A DNA stretch of 32,000 nucleotides from Staphylothermus marinus F1 (GTDB lineage Archaea > Thermoproteota > Thermoprotei_A > Sulfolobales > Desulfurococcaceae). The position numbers were made by a program, and so were the translations under genes. Shown piece by piece: positions 1-10,233 of the stretch (within the stretch, counting starts at the first letter, position 1; every line of letters starts with the position of its first letter). The stretch covers positions 540,001-572,000 of the forward strand of contig NC_009033.1 in the NCBI RefSeq assembly GCF_000015945.1, in the 5' to 3' direction. The notes below the pieces were generated by a model. The model saw only the letters and a list, made by a program, of their open reading frames with translations. It had not been told where the DNA came from and searched no databases.

Positions 1-202
1 TCCGCTACTCATTTAAACCGCCTTAAACAAAATAATATTTTACTGTGGAAAATAAAAATCTATATCAGTTCATATTTTCTCCCCTAAATACCTGAATTAT
101 ATTGTTAAAGTTAAATATGTAAAAGAAATATATTATGGATTTATATATTTTGTTTGCATTTAGAAACTTATACATATTATTAATTAGTTGTATTTTTGAA
201 AC

Positions 203-892
203 TCATTCATGATTCTTTGAAACTATATGCTTGTAGAGCCTTATTATAGATCTATATGAAACTACTCCATCCCTAACTATGAGGGGTTTTTCCGATGTGA
301 GATCTATTACTGTAGAAGGTTCCCCTATAGGGGCTGTGCCTGAATCTATATATAGATCAATATTGTTGCCCAACTGTTTAATTGCTTCCTCAATATTCTT
401 AGCTGGTTTTAACCCGCTTATATTTGCGCTAGTACCTGTAATGAATCCACCGTTGAGTTCGGCTAGTTTTCGAGGCAGAGGTGATGCTGGTACTCTAAAC
501 CCGATTTTTTCTGTACCTAAATGTATTTCTTCAGAGAATATACTGTCTATAGGCTTCAATATAACTGTAACAGGTCCCGGCCAGATTACTTCGAGAAACC
601 GCTGTAAATTATGGTTTATATTTGTAATAGAAAAAACAGCTTTAGGACTGGAAGCTAAAAGCGGAATTGGTTTTCCCTTTCTTTTCTTTACAACATATAT
701 TCTTGAAACACACTCATCTCTAAAAGGATCAGCAAATATTCCATATAATGTATCGGTTACCCCGACAACTAAACCACAACTTTTCAGGATCCTATATGCT
801 TCCTGAATAATGTTTATAGATGGATTTATGAAGTTTGCTCTCAAAATGTTCAAAATACCCCTTCCCCCGACAGGGGCAAATATATAAAGCAT
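203..892 (-). CDS. tsaC: L-threonylcarbamoyladenylate synthase, YrdC/TsaC-type (t6A biosynthesis)
   Basis: 229-aa ORF with YrdC/Sua5-fold motifs GVTDTLYGIFADPF, KKRKGKPIPLL and GTSANISG. Its length fits the single-domain YrdC type, with no Sua5 C-terminal domain. Confidence 0.75.
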   Translation of the reverse strand: MLYIFAPVGGRGILNILRANFINPSINIIQEAYRILKSCGLVVGVTDTLYGIFADPFRDECVSRIYVVKKRKGKPIPLLASSPKAVFSITNINHNLQRFLEVIWPGPVTVILKPIDSIFSEEIHLGTEKIGFRVPASPLPRKLAELNGGFITGTSANISGLKPAKNIEEAIKQLGNNIDLYIDSGTAPIGEPSTVIDLTSEKPLIVRDGVVSYRSIIRLYKHIVSKNHE

Positions 893-994
893 TATTCATG
901 TTTAACACTCTAGGATACTCTATATAAAAATTATCTAGTAAAGGAGCGTGTTGAGGGATGGGTTTTTAGCTATAGTGAGGAAAAAATTAAGTCA

Positions 995-2083
995 TTGTAT
1001 GTTGATAGAAGACAGCTCCGAGAAATAATTAAGGAACTTAAGAAATGGAGTGCTCCAGCTACTGTTCTCCTAAGTCTATATATTCCTCCCGGTAGGCCGG
1101 TTAGTGATGTATTAAATATGCTTCGACAAGAACTCTCAATTACTGATAACATAAAATTAAAGAAGACTAGATCAGCTGTTCAGAGAGCATTGAAAGCCGC
1201 TATTGAGAGATTAAGTAAGATACCGAAGATCCCTGATAATGGATTAGCATTATTTTGTGGCGAAGACATGGATACAGGAGACTTTATATGCTTAATGTTT
1301 GTTCCCCCAGAGAAAGTACCTGTTTATTTCTATAGGACAGATAAACATTTCCATACAGAATTCCTAGAAGAAATGGTTGTTGAAAGCAATCTAGTAGGCC
1401 TTATAATTATTGAAAGAGACGCTGCTACTTTGGGGTTATTGAAAGGGAGCAGGCTAGAAGTGTTAGAGGAGATAGAGGATTATATACCTGGAAAACATCA
1501 TAGAGGAGGACAGAGTCAGCGAAGATTTGATAGAATAATAGAGCAAATGGTTCATGACTTCTATAAACGTGTAGGAGAACATGCTAAGGAAAAGTTCTTA
1601 CCTCTACTTGAACAGGGCAAATTAAAAGCTATACTTATTGGTGGACCAGCATATAGTAAATATGATTTCGTTGAGGGAGACTATCTAGATTACAGATTGA
1701 GACAACTTGTTCTACCAAGACTTATAGATGTAAGTTATCAAGGAGAAGTGGGTTTAAGAGAAATGGTTATGAAAGCCTCTGATCTGTTAAAGGAACAAGA
1801 ATACGTGGATGCGTTAAAAGCTGTGGAAGAATTTAAGCTCAATCTAGCAAAAGATGATGGAATGATAATATATGGTGAAGAAGATGTTAAGAGAGCGCTT
1901 GAAATGGGCGCTATTAAAACATTAATTATAGATGAAGATAGACCAGATGCTCATCAATGGGCTGAGCTAGCAAAGAAATATGGTGCTAAACCAGTATTTC
2001 TAAGTGATGATGTGCCTGAAGGAGCATGGATCAAGAAAACATTTGGAGGACTAGTAGGTATTCTAAGATATCGTATTTATTAA
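995..2083 (+). CDS. prf1: Peptide chain release factor aRF1
   Basis: 362-aa ORF with the class-1 release factor GGQ motif (KHHRGGQSQRRFDR), a NIKS-like loop (ITDNIKLKK) and an aRF1-typical N-terminus (LLSLYIPPGRPVSDV). Confidence 0.9.
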   Translation: MYVDRRQLREIIKELKKWSAPATVLLSLYIPPGRPVSDVLNMLRQELSITDNIKLKKTRSAVQRALKAAIERLSKIPKIPDNGLALFCGEDMDTGDFICLMFVPPEKVPVYFYRTDKHFHTEFLEEMVVESNLVGLIIIERDAATLGLLKGSRLEVLEEIEDYIPGKHHRGGQSQRRFDRIIEQMVHDFYKRVGEHAKEKFLPLLEQGKLKAILIGGPAYSKYDFVEGDYLDYRLRQLVLPRLIDVSYQGEVGLREMVMKASDLLKEQEYVDALKAVEEFKLNLAKDDGMIIYGEEDVKRALEMGAIKTLIIDEDRPDAHQWAELAKKYGAKPVFLSDDVPEGAWIKKTFGGLVGILRYRIY

Positions 2084-2173
2084 AGTAACTAGTTTATTTA
2101 GACTTATTTATACCAAATCACATATTGATTTTCAGAATATCCCAGATATTAGGAAATAAGAAAACATTATATA

Positions 2174-3400
2174 TTGTTCTGGGGAAGAAAATTGCCTTTA
2201 AAAGCGCCGAGACCCGTTAAATATGAGCCTATTCCAGTAATAGATTTATTGATGGAAATGAATGTTTATTCGAGGCTAATGCTTGATCTAGCATATTATT
2301 CTGTAGTGGTTAAAGATACAAGCATCGCATATGAGGTTCAGAGAATAGAGGATAAACTGGATGCTGATTGGAGCCTACTAGTTATGCAAGCTAGTCTAGC
2401 AGTTAGATCTGCGAGGGACGCTGAAGAAATGGTTAGTGTTTATAGAATGGCTAATGCCCTCGATAAACTAAGTGATTCTGCCGCAGATATCGCTATGCTT
2501 GTTATTAGAAATATAGGTATAAGCGAGCCCGTTAGAGCAGCACTGCTTGAATCAGAAGAAGTAGTTACAACTATTAAAGTACAAAATAAGGGATTGGAGG
2601 GATTCAGTGTAGGTAGGCTATACGAGATCATGACTGGATTCAACATATTAGCAATTAGAAGAGAGAATTACTGGATAATTAATCCAAGCGAGAACGAAGA
2701 AATACGTTTAGGAGACATATTAATAGTTAGAGGAACACTTGATTCTTTAAATACAATAGCAAATATTCTAGGCGATAAACTAGCATTGAAGAAACCATTA
2801 GTTGAAGAAAGAGAGAACAAAATTGCGAAGAAAATAGCATATATGAAGAATATAACGGATGTAATGATTGATCTAGCTTTTCATGCAATAGTAAACAATG
2901 ACAAGCTAGCTGCTATAGAAGTATTAAACCTCGAGGAAATAGTCGATGATACAATACATAAAATGATACTTACAATAATAGAGAAGTTCCACGATAACCC
3001 CGAAGAAGCAACAGGGCTATTAAGTTTTGTTATCAGTATGGAGAACGTGGCGGATGCGGCTGCCGAGCTCGTCACTCCCCTAGCATCAAACCTGCCAATT
3101 CACCCTATAGTGAAACGAGTCGAAGAGGAGAGTATTGAGAGAATAGTTAGGCTAAAGATTCCCTCAAACTTCAAAGAAACACCTCTAGGAGAACTAGGCC
3201 TAGACGAACTAGGCGCTATTCCCATAGCTATTTATCGTGGAAGAAAAATTATACCGTTACCAAATGAGAACACTGTTATCAAACCAGGCGATATATTGAT
3301 CGTAAAAATCTATAGTGGGATGGAGGAAAACCTAAACGAAAAACTAGATAACTACAATATTGAAATAGAAGGAATAGAGATCGAGGAGGAAGAAGATTAG
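2174..3400 (+). CDS. PhoU-like / TrkA-C (RCK C-terminal) domain protein
   Basis: 408-aa ORF. Two TrkA-C-like segments (LGDILIVRGTLDSL and IKPGDILIVKIYSG) are each preceded by helical PhoU-like regions. The ORF starts at a TTG at 2174; an internal ATG at about 2252 (MEMNVY) is an alternative start. Confidence 0.7.
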   Translation: MFWGRKLPLKAPRPVKYEPIPVIDLLMEMNVYSRLMLDLAYYSVVVKDTSIAYEVQRIEDKLDADWSLLVMQASLAVRSARDAEEMVSVYRMANALDKLSDSAADIAMLVIRNIGISEPVRAALLESEEVVTTIKVQNKGLEGFSVGRLYEIMTGFNILAIRRENYWIINPSENEEIRLGDILIVRGTLDSLNTIANILGDKLALKKPLVEERENKIAKKIAYMKNITDVMIDLAFHAIVNNDKLAAIEVLNLEEIVDDTIHKMILTIIEKFHDNPEEATGLLSFVISMENVADAAAELVTPLASNLPIHPIVKRVEEESIERIVRLKIPSNFKETPLGELGLDELGAIPIAIYRGRKIIPLPNENTVIKPGDILIVKIYSGMEENLNEKLDNYNIEIEGIEIEEEED

Positions 3401-3477
3401 AAATAAGTTTAAACATTAAAATACTAGTCAAAACAAAATATTATATGTCTACATAAAGCTATTCTAGGAGATTAATT

Positions 3478-3768
3478 ATGGAGTTACACATGGATCCCAG
3501 CTATAAACGTGCCCTTTTAAGATTAATCATAGATGCAGGATTAGAAGAAGACTTTACTAAATGGCTTGAGCAACAAGGATACAAATACATATTTGGTAGA
3601 CTAGACAATATACCCGGCGAACTAATAGAAACTTATGTCAAAATACGTAAACTACTTAGCAACGAAGACGAAGATGAGAAATTATTTAGAGAAATAATGA
3701 AGATGGAAGAAATAGAACCACCTGAAAAAAGAAACTTCATCCCAGCCAAGAAGAAATTACCAAGATAA
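3478..3768 (+). CDS. Hypothetical small acidic/basic-tailed protein
   Basis: 96-aa ORF with an ATG start in an otherwise unoccupied interval and protein-like composition. I recognise no motif. Confidence 0.45.
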   Translation: MELHMDPSYKRALLRLIIDAGLEEDFTKWLEQQGYKYIFGRLDNIPGELIETYVKIRKLLSNEDEDEKLFREIMKMEEIEPPEKRNFIPAKKKLPR

Positions 3769-3888
3769 CCATATATAACCTAGCCGTATTCTCTTTTCCT
3801 AAATACTTTATTTTCGGACATATATCTACAAGTAATTTTCTTCACAACTAAAATATTGTTGAAGAATTGAATGTTTTAATGTGTTATA

Positions 3889-3955
3889 GCCGGGAGTGAC
3901 CCGTCCTACGCTCATACCCTCCCGGTACACGGGAGCGTTGCGTAGGCTCCGGGGC
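3889..3955. ncRNA. Candidate structured small RNA (GC-rich extended hairpin), strand and class unknown
   Basis: A 67-nt island of about 70% G+C (hand count) lies inside a 416-bp AT-rich intergenic region. It forms nested complementary segments: CCGGGAG/CTCCGGG (one mismatch), CCTACGC/GCGTAGG and CTCCCG/CGGGAG around a GTACA loop. The only ORF covering it (3826..4026, minus strand) looks spurious. Confidence 0.35.
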
Positions 3956-4184
3956 ACTCTAAATACTATATGGTTTGTTAATATTTTATATTTTATCGAT
4001 TTATGCATTAATAGTAAATGTAACATATTTGTACGAAGAGGATGTGTTCTATATAGAACATCCCCACTATAGTTATATCTAACTAATTACTAAGAACATA
4101 TTATTTAAATACGAATTTATAAAATACATATATGCAAAGACATATTTGGATATGAATATATATGTAATGGTGTGGTGCTGAAAT

Positions 4185-5216
4185 ATGGTTGAGAAGAGGA
4201 AAATACAGAAAACCGGATCATCGTCATATATAGTAACATTGCCTAAAGACTGGATAGATAGTATGGGGTTAAAATCAGGAGACTATGTTTTAATATATGA
4301 ACATGAAGGTAAACTCATCATTACTCCTCCAAAATTAGAAGCAGGCATGTTAACAGGGGAGATCAGGGTTCTAAAACCAATTGAGAATGATCAAGTCTTC
4401 AGAATACTTGTTGCAATGTATTTGTCAGGATATAGCAGTATAACCGTAACGTTTGATAAAAATATTCCAGAACTGGCTAAGAGAATAAGTGAGCTTAAAA
4501 ATCATGCCAGAATAAAGCTTGCTGGTATAGAAGTTGTTGATGAAACCTATAATAGTGTTATGATGAAGATCCTCCTAGACCTTAAAGAATTACCATTAAT
4601 AAGGGCAACTAGACGATTACATTTGATCGTCAATAATATGTTACTAGATGCATTAAAGGCATTCTATACCAAAGATACTGGACTAGCAGAAGCTGTTCTG
4701 CAAAGAGATGATGAGGCTGATCGTTTCCATTTCATGATTGTTAGACAACTTGCTCTCGCACTTCTTGATATTAGAATCATGAATGAACTAGGCATATCAA
4801 ATCCTGTAGAAGCTATAAATTATAGGATACTAGCGAGAAATCTTGAGAGAATAGCTGATCATGCCGTAAACATTGCTAAAAGAACATATCATAGACCAGA
4901 CGATTGTGTATTATGTAAGGAAACATATGATATTGGGCTTAGAATAAATAGTTTATTTAATAAAGCAATGGATGGGTTATATAGGCTTAGCAGGCAACAA
5001 TCAGAAGAAGTTATATTTGAAGCTCAAGAGATTATAAAAACAATTGATAATATGCTTTTCAACAAGATACTAGTTGGCGATATTAGTGATCAGGAGAAAA
5101 TTGTTCTAACAATGGTATTTGATAGTTTGAGAAGAATAACGAGATATAGTAGTGGAATAGCAGAAGCAACCCTCAATATTAGAGCTAGTAAAAGCTCTGT
5201 TATAGAAATTAAGTGA
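4185..5216 (+). CDS. SpoVT/AbrB-PhoU family regulator (phosphate uptake regulator-like)
   Basis: 343-aa ORF with an N-terminal AbrB/SpoVT-type motif (KIQKTGSSSYIVTLPKDWIDSMGLKSGDYV), followed by PhoU-like helical repeats (ERIADHAVNIAKR). Confidence 0.8.
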   Translation: MVEKRKIQKTGSSSYIVTLPKDWIDSMGLKSGDYVLIYEHEGKLIITPPKLEAGMLTGEIRVLKPIENDQVFRILVAMYLSGYSSITVTFDKNIPELAKRISELKNHARIKLAGIEVVDETYNSVMMKILLDLKELPLIRATRRLHLIVNNMLLDALKAFYTKDTGLAEAVLQRDDEADRFHFMIVRQLALALLDIRIMNELGISNPVEAINYRILARNLERIADHAVNIAKRTYHRPDDCVLCKETYDIGLRINSLFNKAMDGLYRLSRQQSEEVIFEAQEIIKTIDNMLFNKILVGDISDQEKIVLTMVFDSLRRITRYSSGIAEATLNIRASKSSVIEIK

Positions 5217-5337
5217 TTTATAGAAAACATATCTTAGCTAAAAATTACTGGTTTGGAGAGAGGAAAGTAAAGGATCTAGTACAATTTAGTTTATTTACCT
5301 AATCTTATTAGTATTAGTAGGAAATATGCTAGAATGC

Positions 5338-6963
5338 CTATGATGGAATGAGGTTTGTGTATCCAAGCTCCTTAATGTTGTTTAATAAATCCAGCCACAT
5401 AGCTACAGAGTCTTGATACCTATCTGTTTCGCTGAGAGTTATTGATTTCTTGATGACTTTGGCTAGCTTACTTGGCAAGGCCTTATCTATTATTTTAATT
5501 TGTTCTCTATCATAATCTTCTATTATAGTAAGCAGTTGAGTTACAAATGTTTCTACCGGTATTTTATGTTTTTTACTATTATATTCATGGTATAAAGCTT
5601 CTAGTCTCCTAGCATACTGGACTAGCTCTGGGTTTTCGACTAGAAAAACTCTTAGAGGAACAGGTGTTCCATAAATATTTTTAAGTGTCAACAAGTTTAG
5701 CAAGATTCTACTTTTCAGCTTCTTACCTGTTGCAGCGTAGAATAAAGTTATTCCGAGACTATAGACGTCATAGTTATAACTTGCTCTTCCACGAACTAGA
5801 GCTATTGGATCAGCATATTCTGGTGTTGATTTCTTTAATTCGATCACTGAATTAAAAATATGAGGCAATCCTACAAAGTCTCCTATTAATGGAGCGTATC
5901 CATATGGTTCTCCCTCATCTTCTATTAACAATATATTTTGGGGTTTGATGTCCATGTGTATAAAATGATTTATATGTACTAAAGCCGAAGCCCCTGCAAG
6001 CCTGATTGCTAGAAAGGCTAGTTCTCTTTGATTCAATGGTTTCGATTTGATCTTTGTATCTAAATCACCTAAATTAGCATAATCTTCTAGAATCATTGGT
6101 GGACTTTCAATATATTCTTCTTCTGTAAAAGATGTTCTTAACATAATAATTGCTCTTGGTCTAAGAATATATTTACGGTAAAAAATTAGTTGATCAGCAT
6201 AGTATTCGTCGTATCCTCTAGATACTAATCCTTTCCTGATACTATCCTTTGTAGACGAATATACTTCTAAACTGTTAATTATGCCTTTTAAGACCTCGTT
6301 TAATGCGTTAGTATTAGTGCTTATAGCTAATGGTTTACCATCTACAGTTTTCTCTCTAGGTATTTTTACAGCATATCTATGTTCAAACTTGTCTTTTCCC
6401 AAGAGAACATACATATATGCTCCTTTATCCGTAACAATTTTCTCGATATATAAGTCGTAGAGAACCTTGTTTACCCATATATATGGAGGTTTTTCCTCTC
6501 TCTTCTCCCGAAGACTTTCTTCGACGTATACTTTAATAGTGTCTGGTAGACTATCAATAGTGATTACTCCAACATTATATTTTACAACTGGATTATTTGG
6601 ATATATCTCTTTAAACAAGGTATTATATGCTAATCCGCCAACGAGTTGTACACCATCTTTTGTTTCATAAACCATTGATATTATAAGTGTTCCAGCAATT
6701 ATAGATCTTATAGTCCATCTTGAATCTATTGATTTTATAACTAAGTATAAAATAGAATTTTGTTTTAGAGCTTCTATACTCTTATTTTTTAAATAATTTA
6801 AACATTTAACTAGCTTGGCTTTCTTATTTACAATTAATACTTTCTGTTTCAGTAAAATATATGATAAAACTACGGGATCAATAAATTCCTTGCTTGCATC
6901 ATCTATTTTTGTGAAAGGCTTAAATTCGACCACAATATATCCCCTACTAACTTGAACTATCAC
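5338..6963 (-). CDS. Ser/Thr protein kinase (Hanks-type catalytic domain at the C-terminus, ~300-aa unknown N-terminal region)
   Basis: 541-aa ORF with kinase motifs: candidate VAIK lysine (RYAVKIPRE), catalytic loop HMDIKPQNILL, DFG-like IGDFVG and APE-like TPEYADP. Confidence 0.8.
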   Translation of the reverse strand: MIVQVSRGYIVVEFKPFTKIDDASKEFIDPVVLSYILLKQKVLIVNKKAKLVKCLNYLKNKSIEALKQNSILYLVIKSIDSRWTIRSIIAGTLIISMVYETKDGVQLVGGLAYNTLFKEIYPNNPVVKYNVGVITIDSLPDTIKVYVEESLREKREEKPPYIWVNKVLYDLYIEKIVTDKGAYMYVLLGKDKFEHRYAVKIPREKTVDGKPLAISTNTNALNEVLKGIINSLEVYSSTKDSIRKGLVSRGYDEYYADQLIFYRKYILRPRAIIMLRTSFTEEEYIESPPMILEDYANLGDLDTKIKSKPLNQRELAFLAIRLAGASALVHINHFIHMDIKPQNILLIEDEGEPYGYAPLIGDFVGLPHIFNSVIELKKSTPEYADPIALVRGRASYNYDVYSLGITLFYAATGKKLKSRILLNLLTLKNIYGTPVPLRVFLVENPELVQYARRLEALYHEYNSKKHKIPVETFVTQLLTIIEDYDREQIKIIDKALPSKLAKVIKKSITLSETDRYQDSVAMWLDLLNNIKELGYTNLIPS

Positions 6964-7018
6964 TATGACTTAAAACATCTGATGTATTATTATGTGAATA
7001 TTTTGGATATATTGTCAT

Positions 7019-7378
7019 TTATTCCTGGGGTTTCTCCTCAATGGTAGCTGATAATATTGTCAAACCAACCACTATTTCTGAGTTATTATTTATCTTCTTG
7101 GGACCCTTACCTCTTATATCTTCGTTATCAACAATGGTCCCATTTGTACTATCTAAATCTTCTATATACCATTCACCGTTCTCATAGAAAATTCGAGCAT
7201 GTCTCCGTGAAACATAGGGATCGGGGATTACGATATCGTTTGTAGGGTATCTGCCGAGTACGTATTCACCTGGTTCTAGAGACCATTCTGTTTGAGGCAT
7301 AAAGAAGTTACTCTTTACAACTCTAAGTATTAGGATTGAATTTTTTGGTTCAACTTGTTCTTTACTCATTCTTTTCAC
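7019..7378 (-). CDS. FHA domain protein (ArnA-like, without zinc finger)
   Basis: 119-aa ORF with the canonical FHA signature LGRYPTNDIVIPDPYVSRRHARIFYENGEWYIEDLDSTNGTIV. Its start overlaps the upstream vWA gene stop by 17 nt. Confidence 0.85.
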   Translation of the reverse strand: MKRMSKEQVEPKNSILILRVVKSNFFMPQTEWSLEPGEYVLGRYPTNDIVIPDPYVSRRHARIFYENGEWYIEDLDSTNGTIVDNEDIRGKGPKKINNNSEIVVGLTILSATIEEKPQE

Positions 7379-8612
7379 CCTCTCCTTTCTTTTCTTCTTT
7401 TAATCTACCTGAAATAATCCTGGATATAACTGAAGCCATTTCCTTCGAGGTTTCAGGCGTTAACCCTTCTTTTTCTATGCGTTCCTTAATATTAAGAGTT
7501 TTAGCTGTTAATCCCTCACTACCAACACGCATAGTTGTTTCTACTAATTCTTCTAACTCTTTCTGTAAATCTTTAGCTTTTCTTTTTTCAAGTGTTTCTT
7601 GTAATTTAGTAGCTGTTCTAATCATTCTCACCTCGGCTAATACTTTTTCATCTACTTTAACAGTTGAAGCTTCTTCTAGTGGTTTAACCTTGATCCTTAT
7701 AGGTATTGGTGTTGCGAATTCTTGTTCTTCTGTTTCCGGATTAACATATGATATTTGTATTTCTCCAATGTGTGCTTCTCCTATTAGTAGCGGAGGAGTT
7801 GTTATATCTCCTACAATATCGATTATTTCACGATAGTATATGTCCCCGATTTCTACTTCGACACCCTCCGGTATATTATTGTATGGTCTATTGTATATGT
7901 CTACTCGGAAGCCAGGGCTTAACCTGAACAGTACTGCTACGTTTTTAGCGCTAATTTCTTGTGTTGACTTAGCATACTCCGATATTAGCTTTTCTAGCGA
8001 AGCTGGGTCACTAACGTGTTCGAATTCACCATTAAGCACCATAGCCATTCTAGATAATAGTTTCTCGTTATATTCTGTTCCAACACCTATTATTAGGGCT
8101 GAAGCTCCAGCTTCACGTAGTTTCTTGGCCATTTCAAGTATTTTCTCTGGTTTCTTCTGTCCAGTAGTTGGTTCGCCATCAGTGATGAATATTATTCTAA
8201 CAAGAGATATAGCTCCGCTTTCCAAGACTTTTTTCGTTTCTTCAACTAGTTTCTTCAATGTATCATAAATGTTTGTTCCGCTTCCAAGTTTTAAACCAAT
8301 AATAGCCTTCTCTACCTCGTTTCTATTAGTTGCTGGAACGGGTTCTAAAACTTTATAGAATTTTCCTGCAAAACCATATACTCCAACATAATCCTTATCA
8401 CGCAGTATATCCAGAAGTCTTAACGCTGCTTGTTTAGCTCTAAAGATTTTTTCTCCGTCCATCGAATAACTAGTATCAATAACTATTAGAAATGCTATCG
8501 GTGGGTGAGCGCTATATACTCCTTCAACAGATAATACAAAAGGAATAATATCCTCTCTCCCCTCAATTACTGAATCCTTTCCCATCCTAAAAGATGCTTT
8601 GATATATTCCAA
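7362..8612 (-). CDS. von Willebrand factor A domain protein (ArnB-like) with helical C-terminal extension
   Basis: 416-aa ORF with the MIDAS motif VIDTSYSMDG, the downstream vWA elements GSGTNIYD and IIFITDGEPT, and a K/E-rich helical C-terminal tail. Confidence 0.85.
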   Translation of the reverse strand: MEYIKASFRMGKDSVIEGREDIIPFVLSVEGVYSAHPPIAFLIVIDTSYSMDGEKIFRAKQAALRLLDILRDKDYVGVYGFAGKFYKVLEPVPATNRNEVEKAIIGLKLGSGTNIYDTLKKLVEETKKVLESGAISLVRIIFITDGEPTTGQKKPEKILEMAKKLREAGASALIIGVGTEYNEKLLSRMAMVLNGEFEHVSDPASLEKLISEYAKSTQEISAKNVAVLFRLSPGFRVDIYNRPYNNIPEGVEVEIGDIYYREIIDIVGDITTPPLLIGEAHIGEIQISYVNPETEEQEFATPIPIRIKVKPLEEASTVKVDEKVLAEVRMIRTATKLQETLEKRKAKDLQKELEELVETTMRVGSEGLTAKTLNIKERIEKEGLTPETSKEMASVISRIISGRLKEEKKGEGEKNE

Positions 8613-8726
8613 CTAAACCCCCTATATATACAATCTATCTATACATTAATCTATGTATATTTTTACTAGGCAATAATAATATACCTAACTATGAATTTAC
8701 CTATATGCTATAAATAAACATGTTTA

Positions 8727-9320
<594 letters not shown>

Positions 9321-9414
9321 TCATTGAAACAAGATATATGGATGGATATTATGTAAAAATATTTATTAACATATAGTGGAGCAGAATTAATTGAACTAGT
9401 AAATGGGATGATTA

Positions 9415-10233
9415 TTGATGAGAATAGATGAAGAAATGGAAAGAATAGCTTTTAGAATAGCAGGTGAGTCAGCTGGTTATTTAAGAGACCTCTATGGATT
9501 AGAGTCTTTAAGCACAATTGTGGGTAAGGGGGCTTCCGGTGATACTACGAGGAGAATAGATGCGTTGGTGGAAGAATATACTATTGAGTTATTGAAAAAT
9601 ACCGGTTTAGATCTACATATTGTTAGTGAGGAAGCCGGGATTATAAGATTAGGCAATAATCCTCAATTCATTGTTTTAATGGATCCTCTTGATGGAAGCC
9701 TAAATTATACACTCGGCATACCCGGAGTAGCTGTATCACTTGTATTTTACGATATTAATAGTAATGATTTAACCGAATCAATTGCTGGAGCAGTAGCTAA
9801 TGTGTTCTTGAAGGAAATATATTCTTTTGATAAATCAAATGTATATATTAACAGAGTTAAAGTCGAGAAATATCTTTCCCGTATGAGTGGAATAAATGTT
9901 GTATACACTAATACAGCTGAAACATTTAGAAAAGTATACTTGTTTATGAAGAAAGAGTTCGGCGGAGAAGTTAGATTAAGAGTAATAGGATCAGCTGCCT
10001 TAGAATCAGTCTATGCCGCTCTCGGCAGAATAGATTTATTCCTCCACAACACTGGTAGATTGAGAAACCTAGACGTTGCTGGAGGTATTAGTATAGCTAA
10101 AAGATTAGGCGTGCCTGTGCTAGGATTGGATGGGAAGAAAATTATTTGTTCTCCCAAGAAAATAGAGTTTATCAAGTCATTAATAATTGGTAAGCCTGGA
10201 GTCGAGAAAATAGTGGAGTATTTTAAGGAGTAA
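9415..10233 (+). CDS. suhB: Inositol monophosphatase family protein (archaeal IMPase/FBPase type)
   Basis: 272-aa ORF with IMPase-family motifs IVSEEAG, MDPLDGSLNY and GSAALE. The ORF opens with TTG at 9415, followed by ATG at 9418. Confidence 0.8.
   Translation: MMRIDEEMERIAFRIAGESAGYLRDLYGLESLSTIVGKGASGDTTRRIDALVEEYTIELLKNTGLDLHIVSEEAGIIRLGNNPQFIVLMDPLDGSLNYTLGIPGVAVSLVFYDINSNDLTESIAGAVANVFLKEIYSFDKSNVYINRVKVEKYLSRMSGINVVYTNTAETFRKVYLFMKKEFGGEVRLRVIGSAALESVYAALGRIDLFLHNTGRLRNLDVAGGISIAKRLGVPVLGLDGKKIICSPKKIEFIKSLIIGKPGVEKIVEYFKE

Noticed and set aside
279-806. Long antisense or shadow ORFs opposite well-supported genes. Examples: 279..806, 2440..2646, 2881..3075, 7336..7836, 7840..8268, 8959..9249, 10845..11147, 13483..13740, 14367..14777, 18144..18413, 22589..23107, 28869..29201 and 30620..31055.
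   Set aside because: Each lies entirely inside a gene on the other strand that carries clear family motifs. Their products are low-complexity Ser/Leu/Ile-rich sequences, typical of the reverse frames of AT-rich, purine-loaded genes.
3861-3873. GAAGAATTGAATG resembles the 3' part of the CRISPR repeat (GAAAGAATTGAAAG) and lies just upstream of the GC-rich hairpin.
   Set aside because: It is a single copy with 9-10 nt of similarity, there is no second repeat at spacer distance, and the string is AT-rich and low in complexity. Chance is the likely explanation.
3889-3955. Interpreting the GC-rich hairpin as an H/ACA guide RNA or a K-turn-containing sRNA.
   Set aside because: The unpaired nucleotides form a one-sided 8-nt bulge rather than a two-sided pseudouridylation pocket. 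No ACA lies immediately 3' of the basal stem on either strand. The internal loop lacks the tandem G.A/A.G arrangement of a K-turn.
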